A stretch of DNA of 63,996 bases, counting the filler, from Octopus bimaculoides (lineage: Eukaryota): the NCBI RefSeq assembly GCF_001194135.2. It is 8 parts of 7 records of this genome, joined end to end, with 100 filler letters (N's around TTAATTAATTAA, not from the genome) between each part and the next. Parts side by side here need not be neighbours in the genome. Positions count along the whole stretch, not along the records: positions 11,832 to 29,955 come from NC_068990.1; 7 more parts are not named here. One strand, 5' to 3'. Under the pieces are notes generated by a model, which was not told where the DNA came from, ran no database searches, and worked only from the letters and a program-made list of their open reading frames with translations. The stretch's first letter is position 1. Every line of letters begins with the position of its first letter. Below, piece by piece: positions 12,655 through 24,900 of the stretch. Made by a program: the position numbers and the translations under genes.

Positions 12655-13975
12655 AAGTTGTGCAGAGAACAACTTCTGTCAAATTCCAGGGAGAAAAAAC
12701 TAGAAGTAGTTGATAGCTTCTGTTACCTAGGTGACCAAGTCAGTAGCGGGGGAGGGTGCGCTGAAAGTGTAGCTGCTAGAATAATAATAGCCTGGGCAAG
12801 GTTCAGAGAGCTCTTACCTCTGCTGGTGACAAAGGGCCTCTTGCTCAGAGTAAAAGGCAGACTGTATGACGTATGTGTATGAACAGCCATGCTTCATGGC
12901 AGTGAAACATGAGCTGTGATTGCTGAGGACATGCGTAAGCTTGCAAGGAATGAATCCAGTATGCTCCGATGGATGTGTAATGTCAGTGTGCATACTCAAC
13001 AGAGTGTAAGTATCTTGAGAGAAAAGTTGGACCTAAGAAGCATCAGTTGTGGTGTGCAAGAGAGACGATTGCGCTGGTATGGTCATTTGGCGAGAATGGA
13101 TGAGAATAGCTGTGTGAAAAAGTGCCACAGCCTAGCGGTTGAGGGAACCTGTGGAAGAGGTAGACCCAGGAAGACCTGGGATGAGGTGGTGACGCACGAC
13201 CTTTGAACATTAGGCCGAGGCAATGCCTAGTGATTGAGACCTTTGGAAATATGCTGTGTGTGAGAAGAACCGGCAAGACAAGTGAGACCATAACCTGTGG
13301 TCTTTACCAAGGGTGTAGCCAGTCCACTTACGCGTACCTTTCCTTCTTTGGACATAAAATCCTGCTTGTGAAGAGTTGTTGAGGCAAATGAAATTGAAAT
13401 TGAAATCGAACTAAATTCGATGACTGGCACCCATGCCAACCTTCCTTCATTGGATACTAAACTCTGTTTGCAAAGACCTGTTGGGGTAAGTGAAATCGAA
13501 ACTGAACCAAATTCGATGACTGGCACGCATGCCAGTGGAGTGCTAACAGCACCATCTGAGTGGGATCACTGCCAGAGCAGCTGTCTGGATCCATGCCGAT
13601 GGCACGTAAAAAACACCATTTGAGCGTGATCGTTACCAGTGTCGCCTTGCTGGCACTTGTGCCAGTGGCATGTGAACAAAACATTCGAGCGAGGTTGTTG
13701 TCAATGCCACTGGACTGACTGCTGTGCAGGTGGCACATAAAAAGTGCCGTTTAGGAGTGGCTGTTGCCAGTACCACCAGACTGGCCCTCGTGCCGGTGGC
13801 ATGTAAAAGCACCCACTACACTCTCGGAGTGGTTAGCATAGGAAGGGCATCCAGCTGTAGAAACTTTGCCAGATCAGATTGGAGCCTGGTGCAGCCACCC
13901 GGTTCGCCAGTCCTCAGTCAAATCGTCCAACCCATGCTAGCATGGAAAGTGGACGTTAAATGATGACGATGATGA
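12655..13975 (+). mobile_element. 5'-truncated RTE-clade LINE (RT C-terminus, 3' UTR, (GAT)n tail)
   Basis: LEVVDSFCYLGDQ..., MLHGSET, ESSMLRWMC, RRLRWYGHLARM, GRGRPRKTW; in-frame stops; 3' UTR with ~100-bp internal repeats. Confidence 0.9.
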
Positions 13976-13982
13976 TATATAT

Positions 13983-14044
<62 letters not shown>

Positions 14045-16409
14045 CTATGAGTGCGTGTCTTTGTGTTTGTCCCCTACTATCACTTGACAAATGGTGTCAG
14101 TGTGTTTATGTCTCCATAACTTACCAGTTCAGCAAAAGAGACTGATAGAATAAGTATTGGGTTCTAAAAAACAAAGTATTACGGTTGATTTATTTGACTA
14201 CTAAAAAGTCTTCAAGGTGGTGCCCTAGCTTGGCTGCAGTCTAGTTAGTGAAACAAGCAAAAGATAAAAGGTAAGTTACCTACTTATTACAAGGTAAAAA
14301 TATTCACTTCCAAAGGATATACAAACAAATTACTTTTAGATTAAGAAATGACCCAACTTCATTTCACAGCCAAATCCCCAGCAGGTTAATTATTCTAAAT
14401 ACCTTCTAAATTCTGACTTTCAAATGTCTTCTTATTTTCTCTAAGGAATTTTATATCCCCAACTAACTCAGATTAATATCCACAGAATATTGCTTGCTCT
14501 TTTTTTGCTATAGGTACAAGCATATGTTTGAAAATCTTTGACGATTAATGTTTGTTATCAACTATTTGTATATATCTTCAACATCTATTTTTGTTTCCAT
14601 AAAGTGGCGAGGATGTTGTTGGAAATGTTGTGTTCTCAACATTAGCCAATCTGCTTTTACCATTGATTGTTATTCAGGGAAAAGTTCAATGTCCTCACCA
14701 AATCTTGTATTTTACCTTACCACAGATCTTCATCAACTCTGGAAATTGGGTTTCTGTTTTTGGCAAATCCCTGCCAACACATTAAATCTCTGTATATTTC
14801 TTCCTGTTTCTGTTGTACCTGTATTTCAAAGGGCCAGCCTTGTCACACTGTGTGATGCTGAATATCCCCAAGAAATACGCTAAGAGTACACGTGTCTGTG
14901 GAGTGCTCAGCCACTTACACGTTAATTTCACGAGCAGGCTGTTCCGTTGATTGAATCAACCGGAACCCTCGACGTTGTAAGCAATGGAGTGCCAACAACA
15001 ACAACACCTATGGTCAGGCAAGTTTTTACAGAATATTGGAAAAAAGAAGAAAAATGTAGGCAGGAAAAAATTCCAGAGAATTCTATTTCTGTTAGGAAAG
15101 AGAGGCGGGGTGTTAGCAATGGTGTTGTATAGGGTATGCACATCATGCTGTGGTGACTACATCATCATCGTTTAACATCCATATTCCAAGCTGATATGGA
15201 TTGAACAGTCTGACAGAAGCTGACCAGCCAGAGAGCTGTCCAGGCTCTAATTGTCTATTTTGGTATGGTTTCAACAGCTGGATGCCCTTCCTAATGCCAT
15301 TATATATGTGCATTTACTGTAGTTAAGGGTACGTAACCTTTAAAGAAGCAGATGGCCAATTTGGTTACCCACTGGTTGCTGAAACTCAATCTTCACTACA
15401 ATATTCAGGCTTGGTCCCAAGAATTCTTTGAAGTAAGGGTACAAGGTCAGAAAGGAATATAATTCCTGGAGGAAAGGACATAATGATATTATTTAGAAGG
15501 GTGCACTTCTTTTCTTGAGGTGGGGAGTACATGCTTCACAGACACCCCCCCGCACACCACCACTTGGGTCTGCCCTTGATATTTAGCATGGGTGCTTTAG
15601 TTCGTAAAACATATTAGGGATAATGAAAGATAGACAGTTGTTGCTATTTAGTTCCATATCAACCCTGATTGAGGTAGAATTGTTAGCATGCTGGACAAGA
15701 TGCATAGTGGCATTTTGTCTGTCATTACGTCCTGACCTGAGATCAAATTTCACTGATGTTGGTTTTGTTTTTCTTCCTTTCGGTGGGAGTGGTGGTGATA
15801 AAAATAAGTACCAGCCAAGTACTGGGGTTGATATAATTATCTAGTCCCCTCCCCACAAATCTCAGGCCTTGTTCCTATAGTAGAAAGGATTATTACATTC
15901 TCAGTTCAAATAAGACAGCGAGCTGGCAGAATTATTAGCATGATGAGCAAAATGTTTAGTAACATTTCATTGACCACCAAGGTCAACTTTGCCTTTCGTC
16001 TTTTCAGGGTTGATAAAATAAGTACCAGTTGATCACTGGGGTTGATGTAATTTGGCTTACCTCCTACCCTGAAATTACTGGCCTTGTGCCAAAATTTGAA
16101 ACTACATTGTGAGTTCAAATGCCACTGAGGTCAGAAAAACCAGTACCAGCTGAGCACGATATGGGGGAGGGGGGGGGGTTCAATGTAACTAATCAACTTG
16201 CCCCTCCCCTCAAAATTGCAGACACTGTGCCAAAATTAGAAAGAATTATTACAAGATTAGGATGAGATTTAAGAGAGGTCTGACTGTTATTTCTAGCGGA
16301 CTGACTAACCATATAAAGCTCCATCATTATTGGTTGGCTCATGATTGCAATGAATTGGTGTTTGTTTATTTGCCAAGAAGATAGATTGCATTTTTTGTTT
16401 TGTGTGTGA

Positions 16410-16456
<47 letters not shown>

Positions 16457-18027
16457 TAGGGGTGGGGTGAGTGGAGGTGGAGAATGTGCTATAGAACATT
16501 TCAGTATCTAACAGCTGCACCTTCCCAGAATAAATGAACAATACCCCAATACAAGTGTTACTTATTATTACTTATCCTAAAATATATCAATCCTTTATCA
16601 GCTTTATATACTGTTATTGTTATTGTTAGTTTCCCCTTGTCACTTGAACTGTTAATCCTAGGAAAAAAAAAAACAATAAATCATTAAAACTTCCTTTTCT
16701 CCTAAACCAACCAACCCCCTCCTCAAAATATCTCAAGTGCGTTGGCTTTATCTAAACAATTTAACTTTGTTTCCCCTCTTCCTGTAATTCAAAAAAATCA
16801 AAATTTATTTATTTATTATATTACCAGATATATTGTTATATGTTGTTGTTTTAGCTACTGTTGTTGTTCGGGCTCATGTCATCCCTGGTTGAGCAGACCT
16901 GTGACCGTAAATGTTCCAGCCATAACCATTCAACTTTTTTTCTGTGTATCAAAGATTTCATTGTTTAATATGTCTTTTTATTTACCTTTTTTTGATGTGT
17001 ATCAAGAGAGATTTACTTGGCTGTTATTTTTAGCAGGTTGAACGACCTTATACATCTTCTCTTGTTGGTCGGTAGATGTTCAGTCATATAACCGAAGACT
17101 GTGCTTTTGGATTGGTTTTCGTTATATTCTGGGTAATTACTACCAGTTTTCTTTATATCATTTGGGTTTCATATGATGTAAGCAGATTATTTTATCCTTT
17201 TATCTAGAATAGGAATTAGGGCTCAGTATTTGCCAGCTTTATCCTCATCCTTATCATTATTATAATTTAATGTCTATTTTCCTATTTTCCATTCTGTCAT
17301 AGGTTAGATAGTTTGACAAGAGCTAGTAAGCTGGAGAGCTGCACCAGGCACCAGTCTGTTTTGGCTTGGTTTCTCTGGCTGGATACCCTTCATAATGCTC
17401 ATCACTCTACAGAGTGTACTGGATGCCGTTTACATGCCACTGGCACAATATATATTTATATGGGTATGACTTTAAACTGCATATGGTGGTGGGGCCTGGT
17501 TTTGGGAGTTCCAGAGTTTTAAGGAGTGTGGAACCACCTCTTAGCCACTATTGTTCCCAAATTTACTCTGACCCCGAGTACTAGCACTTCTTAAGGTACT
17601 AGCTATGGGTACCTTAGCCTACAGTGGACCATGGACCTTGTGTGAGTGTACATATACAGTGGAGGTATGTGTAACTGGAAGGACAAGTCCATATATACAC
17701 TAATAAGTATGCGAGTGTCCATACACACTGTTGATACATGGGAATGCTGTCCTTGACTTTACCTTTTTACATTGGTGTCCTGATTATTAGAATACCTTGA
17801 TTCTGTTGAACACTGCAAATAATTATATATATATATGTATATATATATANNNNNNNNNNNNNNNNNNNNNNNNNNNNNNNNNNNNNNNNNNNNNNNNNNN
17901 NNNNNNNNNNNNNNNNNNNNNNNNNNNNNNNNNNNNNNNNNNNNNNNNNNNNNNNNNNNNNNNNNNNNNNNNNNNNNNNNNNNNNNNNNNNNNNNNNNNN
18001 NNNNNNNNNNNNNNNNNNNNNNNNNNG

Positions 18028-19254
18028 ATTTTGAACTGAAAGTTTATTTTACTTTATCTCAACAAAAAGCAATGCAGTTAATCAAAGTATGCACCTAAAT
18101 TATCAACACAATTTTGCCATTTTATTGGTAGCTAATTTATGCTAGCAGTGAAGAATTCTGGAGAGCAAGAGTGAAGAAATCACAAAAAGGCTGTTTTTGC
18201 TTCTTCTTCAGATTTGAAGTTTTTTCCTTGCAAACAATTTTATGCTGGATAATGTGATAGTCAGCTGGTGCAAGGTCTGGGGAATATGGTGGATGACAGA
18301 GTACTTCCAAGTTCAGTTCCTGTAACTTGAGTAGCATTCTTTGTGCAACATGTGGTTGAGCATTGTCTTACAAGAGAATTGGCCTGTTTCTATTGACCAA
18401 TCTTGGTTGTTTAATCGCAAGTTCACCCATCATTTCATCCACTGTAATTGATTTACCAGCTCCCATGAAGCTGTAGTGGATGATACCAGCATTGGATCAC
18501 CAAACACACCAATAGCTATTTTGGTGAATATTTTTTTTTTGGATTGTGTTTTGGCACTTTGTCTCTATCCAACCACTGTGCAGAACACTTACTATTGTTG
18601 AAGAGAATCCATTTTTGATCACATGTAACAACACGATGCAAAAATGGTTTGCTTTTATGCCATGACAGCAAAGAACAGGAAGTTTCAAGATGACATGCCA
18701 TTTGATGCTTGTTCAGTTCATGTGGTACCCACTTGTCCAGCTTCTTTACCTTGCCAATTTGTTTCAGATGGTACAATACAGTTGGAATCAAAACATCAAA
18801 GCTTGCCGCTAACTCATGCATAGTATGAGATGTATCTGCTTCCACTACAGTTTCCAGCTCATCATTATCCACCTTGGTCTCAGGTCTACCACGGGCTGAT
18901 TTTCAAGAGTAAAGTCACTGGACCAGAACTTCTCAAACCATCAACATATAGTGCGCTTTTTCGCCACATCTTCACCAAATACTTCATTGACATTTTGAGC
19001 TCTCTGAAATGCATTGGTTCCACTACAGAACTCATATTCATAAACAACACAAATTTTTTATCTATCCATGGGTTCACAAAAATTGATTTACAAGAGAAAA
19101 CTCACAATATAATCAGACACCATGAACTGCATTTCGAAAAGTGATGATGTAACTCTTCAATGTTGTAAAACAACGAATTGTTAGGATAAAACATTAGAGT
19201 TAATGACTGTCAAACTTGGTGCATAAGATAATTGGACATTTCATTCTTAATGAC

Positions 19255-19258
<4 letters not shown>
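18028..19258 (-). mobile_element. Mariner (DD34D) element with decayed transposase
   Basis: ATG at 19069; WVPHEL, VTCDQKW, DNAQPH and HPPYSPDLAPAD with 34 residues between the second and third D; stops and frameshifts; right end TCAGGTCA abuts TA at 19259; left end in a gap. Confidence 0.92.
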
Positions 19259-19318
<60 letters not shown>

Positions 19319-19321
<3 letters not shown>

Positions 19322-19555
19322 GGTGGTCCAAAAGTAGGTTTACAGTTATTCAACTATCTCTTTCGTATTCATATATTAACAGTGAAGATCTTAATTATAA
19401 AGAAAATATGAAACCATTCTTCTATGCTAATTTAGTTAATTTTGTCAAACTCCCTTTTCAGTTTGTAAGATAAAAATTTAAATGTAATAAAATGTTCTAA
19501 AAGAAATTTAAAGTGCTTACGTGATAACTGTAAACCTACTTTTGTACTACCCCTG
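19319..19555. mobile_element. Tc1/mariner-type MITE, 237 bp
   Basis: About 30-bp TIRs CAGGGTGGTCCAAAAGTAGGTTTACAGTTAT / ATAACTGTAAACCTACTTTTGTACTACCCCTG with TA on both sides. Confidence 0.88.
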
Positions 19556-20049
19556 TATATATATATATAACAAATAATAAATGAGTATATGCATATATAC
19601 ATACAAGTATGTACGTACCTACATCTACCTGTATATATAGGTGCATATCTGGGTACAGGACATTGCAAACAAAACGTAGACAAAAAAATAATAATAACCA
19701 GAGTACAGAAAACACACAGGCCACATAGAGAACATTTTCCTTCATCAGCTGCCCCCATTCTAACACAGGCGTTTCGAATATATATATATATATATATATA
19801 AATGCAAACATACACACAAGCATTCATTCATTCATTTATTTATTCATTCAATCATTCATTCATTCATTCATTCATTCATTCATTGCTGGCATACCTTTAT
19901 GGTTAAGCATTTCACTTTCTAAACTGGCTTGTCTCACTGAGCAGCACCTTGGGGCAAGTGTCTACCAACCCAAGGCTATGTGACTAGATGAGATAAACTG
20001 GAAGAAGTCTGTCTTACACACACACACACACACACACACCACAAACACG

Positions 20050-20084
<35 letters not shown>

Positions 20085-20124
20085 ACACACACCACAAACA
20101 CGTGCACACACACCACAAACACGT

Positions 20125-20161
<37 letters not shown>

Positions 20162-20642
20162 TGCACACAGCAACACATTATACATATATATATATATATA
20201 TTATGACAGAGAAACATGAAGCATGAATTTGGTATTCTTTTTTTTCTACTTCACATCTGTTACACACATTTTTGCCATGGAATATTGATAATGACAAATT
20301 ATAAATACAATTTAAAACAAGCATTTATTCATACCAAAGTGAGTTTAATACGTGAATACTATTAAGAGCCACAACCAATACTGTTGTTTTGTCACACACC
20401 TGGTGCAACCATTTCCACATATGTATGTATATATGTATGTACACATGATTTGGTAGTTTAAGTGGTAGAAATAACGAGATTGTCTGCCACTGGCAATAGC
20501 AGTGATGTGTTTTTATGCACCATATAACCATATACGAGTTTTCTCGCTTGGTAAATATTGCAGTATTTGTTTGTTTTAACACATCTACTTTTAAGTGGTG
20601 CATATTTTACCTTTTGGTATTAATATTGCCACTGTCGCTCTA

Positions 20643-20679
<37 letters not shown>

Positions 20680-20683
20680 CCAA

Positions 20684-20725
<42 letters not shown>

Positions 20726-20727
20726 TA

Positions 20728-20988
20728 TTCAGTAGTTTTATTTTTATAACGTGCTTTCACTTCACTACCGAGCGCAGCTCTGTGTGCCTTGGGTATGTGC
20801 TGTGGTTTGCTGTGATGCTCTTATGGTTACTGTATTGAAAGTGTTTTGCGTAGGATGTGTGCAGTGCCCAGTAGTGCAATTTTCTGTATGTTATATATAT
20901 TTGTAAGTCCTGGTGTTTTTGTTATGTATTTGTCTGAATATTTTTTTTATTATACCTAAGGCACCTACTATGATAGGAATTGTTTGTT
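20728..20988 (-). mobile_element. Second R4/Dong-like 3' end
   Basis: TIPIIVGALGIIKK..SDKYITKTPGLTNIYNIQKIALLGTAHILRKTLSIQ*; (TAA)n tail; about 5 differences in ~200 nt from the 10650 copy. Confidence 0.85.
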
Positions 20989-21416
20989 NNNNNNNNNNNN
21001 NNNNNNNNNNNNNNNNNNNNNNNNNNNNNNNNNNNNNNNNNNNNNNNNNNNNNNNNNNNNNNNNNNNNNNNNNNNNNNNNNNNNNNNNNNNNNNNNNNNN
21101 NNNNNNNNNNNNNNNNNNNNNNNNNNNNNNNNNNNNNNNNNNNNNNNNNNNNNNNNNNNNNNNNNNNNNNNNNNNNNNNNNNNNNNNNNNNNNNNNNNNN
21201 NNNNNNNNNNNNNNNNNNNNNNNNNNNNNNNNNNNNNNNNNNNNNNNNNNNNNNNNNNNNNNNNNNNNNNNNNNNNNNNNNNNNNNNNNNNNNNNNNNNN
21301 NNNNNNNNNNNNNNNNNNNNNNNNNNNNNNNNNNNNNNNNNNNNNNNNNNNNNNNNNNNNNNNTATATATATATATATATATATATATTAGATAAAGATA
21401 GTTAGGGCTGGTCTAT

Positions 21417-21477
21417 GGGGTTATCCTGGGTTTCACATCCATAAAGTACTTAGCTTTATGGTGTTTCTTCAGATCCT
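21417..21477 (-). ncRNA. Hammerhead-like motif (degenerate stems I and III)
   Basis: AGGAT-CTGAAGA-A-ACACCATAAAG-CTAAGTA-CTTTATGGATGT-GAAAC-CCAGGA-TA-ACCCC. Confidence 0.55.
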
Positions 21478-21852
21478 AATGGCTGGTGGCTTGTAACCTC
21501 TCTTGAAAGTGGAGGGAGTAAAAAATCTCATAGCTACTTGTGCATAGCTGAATGGGTGAGAATATTAAAAAACTCCCTCAAGCTGAGGAACATCTTAAAT
21601 TCCAGGACAGAGGCCTTTGGACTCTGCTTACACTTCAGGAGATTCCTACTGAAGTCCTGGAACCCACAAGCTGACTATGATGACTATGGCTAGTGGCCTA
21701 AGGGAGACAATCCCTTGTGCTAAACCCTTTGTCCAAGCTGTCAACAAATGGCTACAAGGTCTTTTCTCCCACCACTTTGAAGAAAGATTACTGGCCTCCG
21801 GCCATTAGGGTCTGAAGAAATGCCATAAAGCTAAGGGCTTTATGGATGTGAA
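21417..21852. mobile_element. Non-coding element with inverted, HHR-like terminal repeats (probable PLE derivative)
   Basis: About 55-bp inverted repeat (21432-21486 vs 21799-21852, ~6 mismatches); each arm carries CTGAAGA plus a CCATAAAG/CTTTATGG hairpin. Confidence 0.7.
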
Positions 21853-21910
21853 TTACTCTACTGCTCTATAACTTGGAGTGTGCTTCTCTTTCAGATTTAT
21901 GATTTACTGA

Positions 21911-21945
<35 letters not shown>

Positions 21946-21999
21946 NNNNNNNNNNNNNNNNNNNNNNNNNNNNNNNNNNNNNNNNNNCATATATACTCC

Positions 22000-22345
22000 C
22001 ACTGCGTGACACCTTGGGCAAGTGTCTTCTACTATAGCCTCGGGCCGACCAAAGCCTTGTGAGTGGATTTGGTAGACAGAAACTGAAAGAAACCCGTCGT
22101 ATATATGTATATATATATATGTATGTGCGTATGTATGTTTGTGTGTCTGTGTTTGTCCCCCCCACCATCGTTTGACAACCGATGCTGGTGTGTTTAGGTC
22201 CCCGTAACTTAGCGGTTCGGCAAAAAGAGACCGATAGAATAAGTACTAGGCTTACAAAGAATAAGTCCTGGGGTCGATTTGCTCGACTAAAGGCGGTGCT
22301 CCAGCATGGCCACAGTCAAATGACTGAAACAAATAAAAGAGTATA
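22000..22345 (+). mobile_element. SINE family B, well-conserved body with internal (TA)/(TG) microsatellite
   Basis: ACCTTGGGCAAGTGTCTTCTACTATAGCCTCGGGCCGACC...GGCGGTGCTCCAGCATGGCCACAGTCAAATGACTGAAAC. Confidence 0.88.
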
Positions 22346-22658
22346 TGTATTGACAAACTGTGTGTGATGACAAGATAGCTCGACCTCAATATCATTGGAA
22401 ATAGGGAACAATATTTATTGAATGGTACAGGTACAGAGACTTACATTCAAAGCTTCAAGTTTCTATATTAATGATCAAGATTCTATATTAATTGTACTCC
22501 TTCAGCTGTTGTGAGCCCAGTTAGTACACATGATACCAGCAATTACAAACATGAAAAAAAAAGCTAGATGATTATCATATCATTGACGTCTAAACTTAAA
22601 GTCTTTATTGTAAATCTCCAAACCTTTATCATTCAATATATATGCGTGGTGTGCTGTG

Positions 22659-22689
<31 letters not shown>

Positions 22690-23950
22690 CGCACATAGTT
22701 TTAAGTCACAATAATTAGCCTTTTAAATGTAACTATATATTAGGCAAAATGTTGGTCAAGTTATTTCCATCAATTGATGAAAATAAAAATATTTTCTGTA
22801 TTATTAACTTGTAATAAATATATTTTTTTTAGCCTTGCTTATAACCTTTTGAATAAAGATTATTTCCATACCATTGTTGCTAATTAGTAAGAAACATGTT
22901 TGTAGATGTGTGTGTATGTGTGTGTGTGTGTGTACGTGGGTTCGTATGAATATAGGTATGTGTGTATGTGTATGGTTTACATATTTTTCTTCATTTTCTT
23001 GAAAGGAAGTTCAGCTATATATCAAAGAAGAGTTTTATTTTGCCTTCTCTGTGGTCTTTTGGGAATCACTTACAGTTGAGGTCATTGCTAGCTTTTACCT
23101 CTAAAATAAGGATGTGCTGCATAAATGCGGTCAAGTTCACAAGACTGGTTCCAGCTATGATGCTTTGAAGTATTGTGAAGTAGAGCATTGGATAAGCAGG
23201 GGTGCTACATCATAAGAATGATGCTGGAAGGTTAAAAAAAAAAATTATGTACTTACATACATACATACATATACATACATACATACTAGTTGCTTCAGTA
23301 CAAAACTTGGAAAACATATATATATGTCAGGCTAATTAACATTCAATGTGTTTCTTGTGGAACATTTTTATCTTTAGGTTTGGGTTATGATTACTCAATT
23401 ATGAAATTATTTGAAGTGATTAATTTGAATAGATATTGTTTTATGTAAATAAAATATTTATTGTGATACAAAATATTATGTGTCTAGAGCCTCCAGTTGT
23501 TATTCAGTTACAGCAGTGATATTGTAAAATATTGGTACTAAACTTTATACTACATTCAATATTTTTCTTTTCAGAATCAATGCCACTTATTGGAATTTTA
23601 AACTTTAAAAATTTGATATTGTTGTTGTCAGTGGTAGTGTTTATCCCTAGGTGACCCCCCCAGATTGAACAAACTTAATCAAAAGCAATCTATCCATGAC
23701 CATAATGTTTTTTTTTTTTTTGCATTTAGATATATCTTGGACTACATATATTTAATGTGAACTTTCAGTCTTTTAAGCAGATAGAGTATGATATGCAGAA
23801 GATTTGGCTGCTAATCCTAGTGAGCTAAGCATTTCTGTAGAGGCTCTCTTGTTGACTTACAGGATTTTTCATTCTATTAAAAAATAGAAAAAGAAAACAA
23901 CTTTAGAAACCTTACTGCTGCTGCCACTGCTGCTGTTGCCGCTGTTGCCG

Positions 23951-24010
<60 letters not shown>

Positions 24011-24719
24011 TATCTCTAGTTACTTAATAATTAGTAGTTCGCGTATGTTTCAATTTTTGCGTTTGTTTTATAGGGTTCACAAAATGAGATCAAATGCCAA
24101 CGAGGACCTGTCATTCATTGATGAAGTTGCAAAAGGCAATGAAAGGATTCTGTCAAATCAATTGATCAAATAGTCGATTAATTATCTGGTTGACTAATGA
24201 TAATTCTTTCTAATTTTGGCAATTTAGAGTGGATTAATAATTTACTTTATCACCTCAAAAAGGCAAAAGGCAAAGTTGACCTTGGAACATAAAGAGCCAG
24301 AAGAAATGCTACTAAGTATTTTGACTGATGTGATAATATTTCTATCAGCTCCACTGTCTTATAATAATGATAAGTGAAATATAACCGGTGTGTATTTATT
24401 GGCATTGTGACCCTTCCAAGGTACAACAATTCTGTGTATATTGCTACTTGTATACATAATGGTTTCTAACTTAGTCACAGCCAGCAATTTTGAGGGGTGG
24501 GGAAGTAGTCAATATTTACATTATTTATATTATTTACATTTGACGGATATTTGTCCTCATCTTGTTTCTGCTGATATACCCTCCAGCTTTAATCAGGTGT
24601 CTTGGGGAAATTTCGAACCTGGGTTCTCATTCCTAAGGTATTTTTCGATGTTATTATTATTATTAATACTAATGTTATTATTATTATTAATAATTATAGA
24701 GTGAGTTTTAGGGCTTGTA

Positions 24720-24900
24720 AATCTAATATTTTCCTATCCTTCCTTAATACCAGTTCCCACATGTGATTCATATCTGCACTCGGTCTGCTTAGGAGGTTGT
24801 TGTGTCCTAGCATATGTGCTGCTTCTTTTAGTTTTCATATTTTCCAGTGGTATTCTCTGTCTATTATTTTAACTTCATCCACAGGAGAAGGTGGTCTCCA
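24720..24900 (-). mobile_element. Penelope-like element, GIY-YIG C-terminal fragment
   Basis: DEVKIIDREYHWKI*KLKEAAHMLGHNNLLSRPS resembles the PLE endonuclease C-terminus. Confidence 0.65.

Noticed and set aside
14560-14830. Faint Gypsy RT-like peptide on minus (NPISRVDEDLW)
   Set aside because: Only a few residues match and no other RT motif is recoverable.
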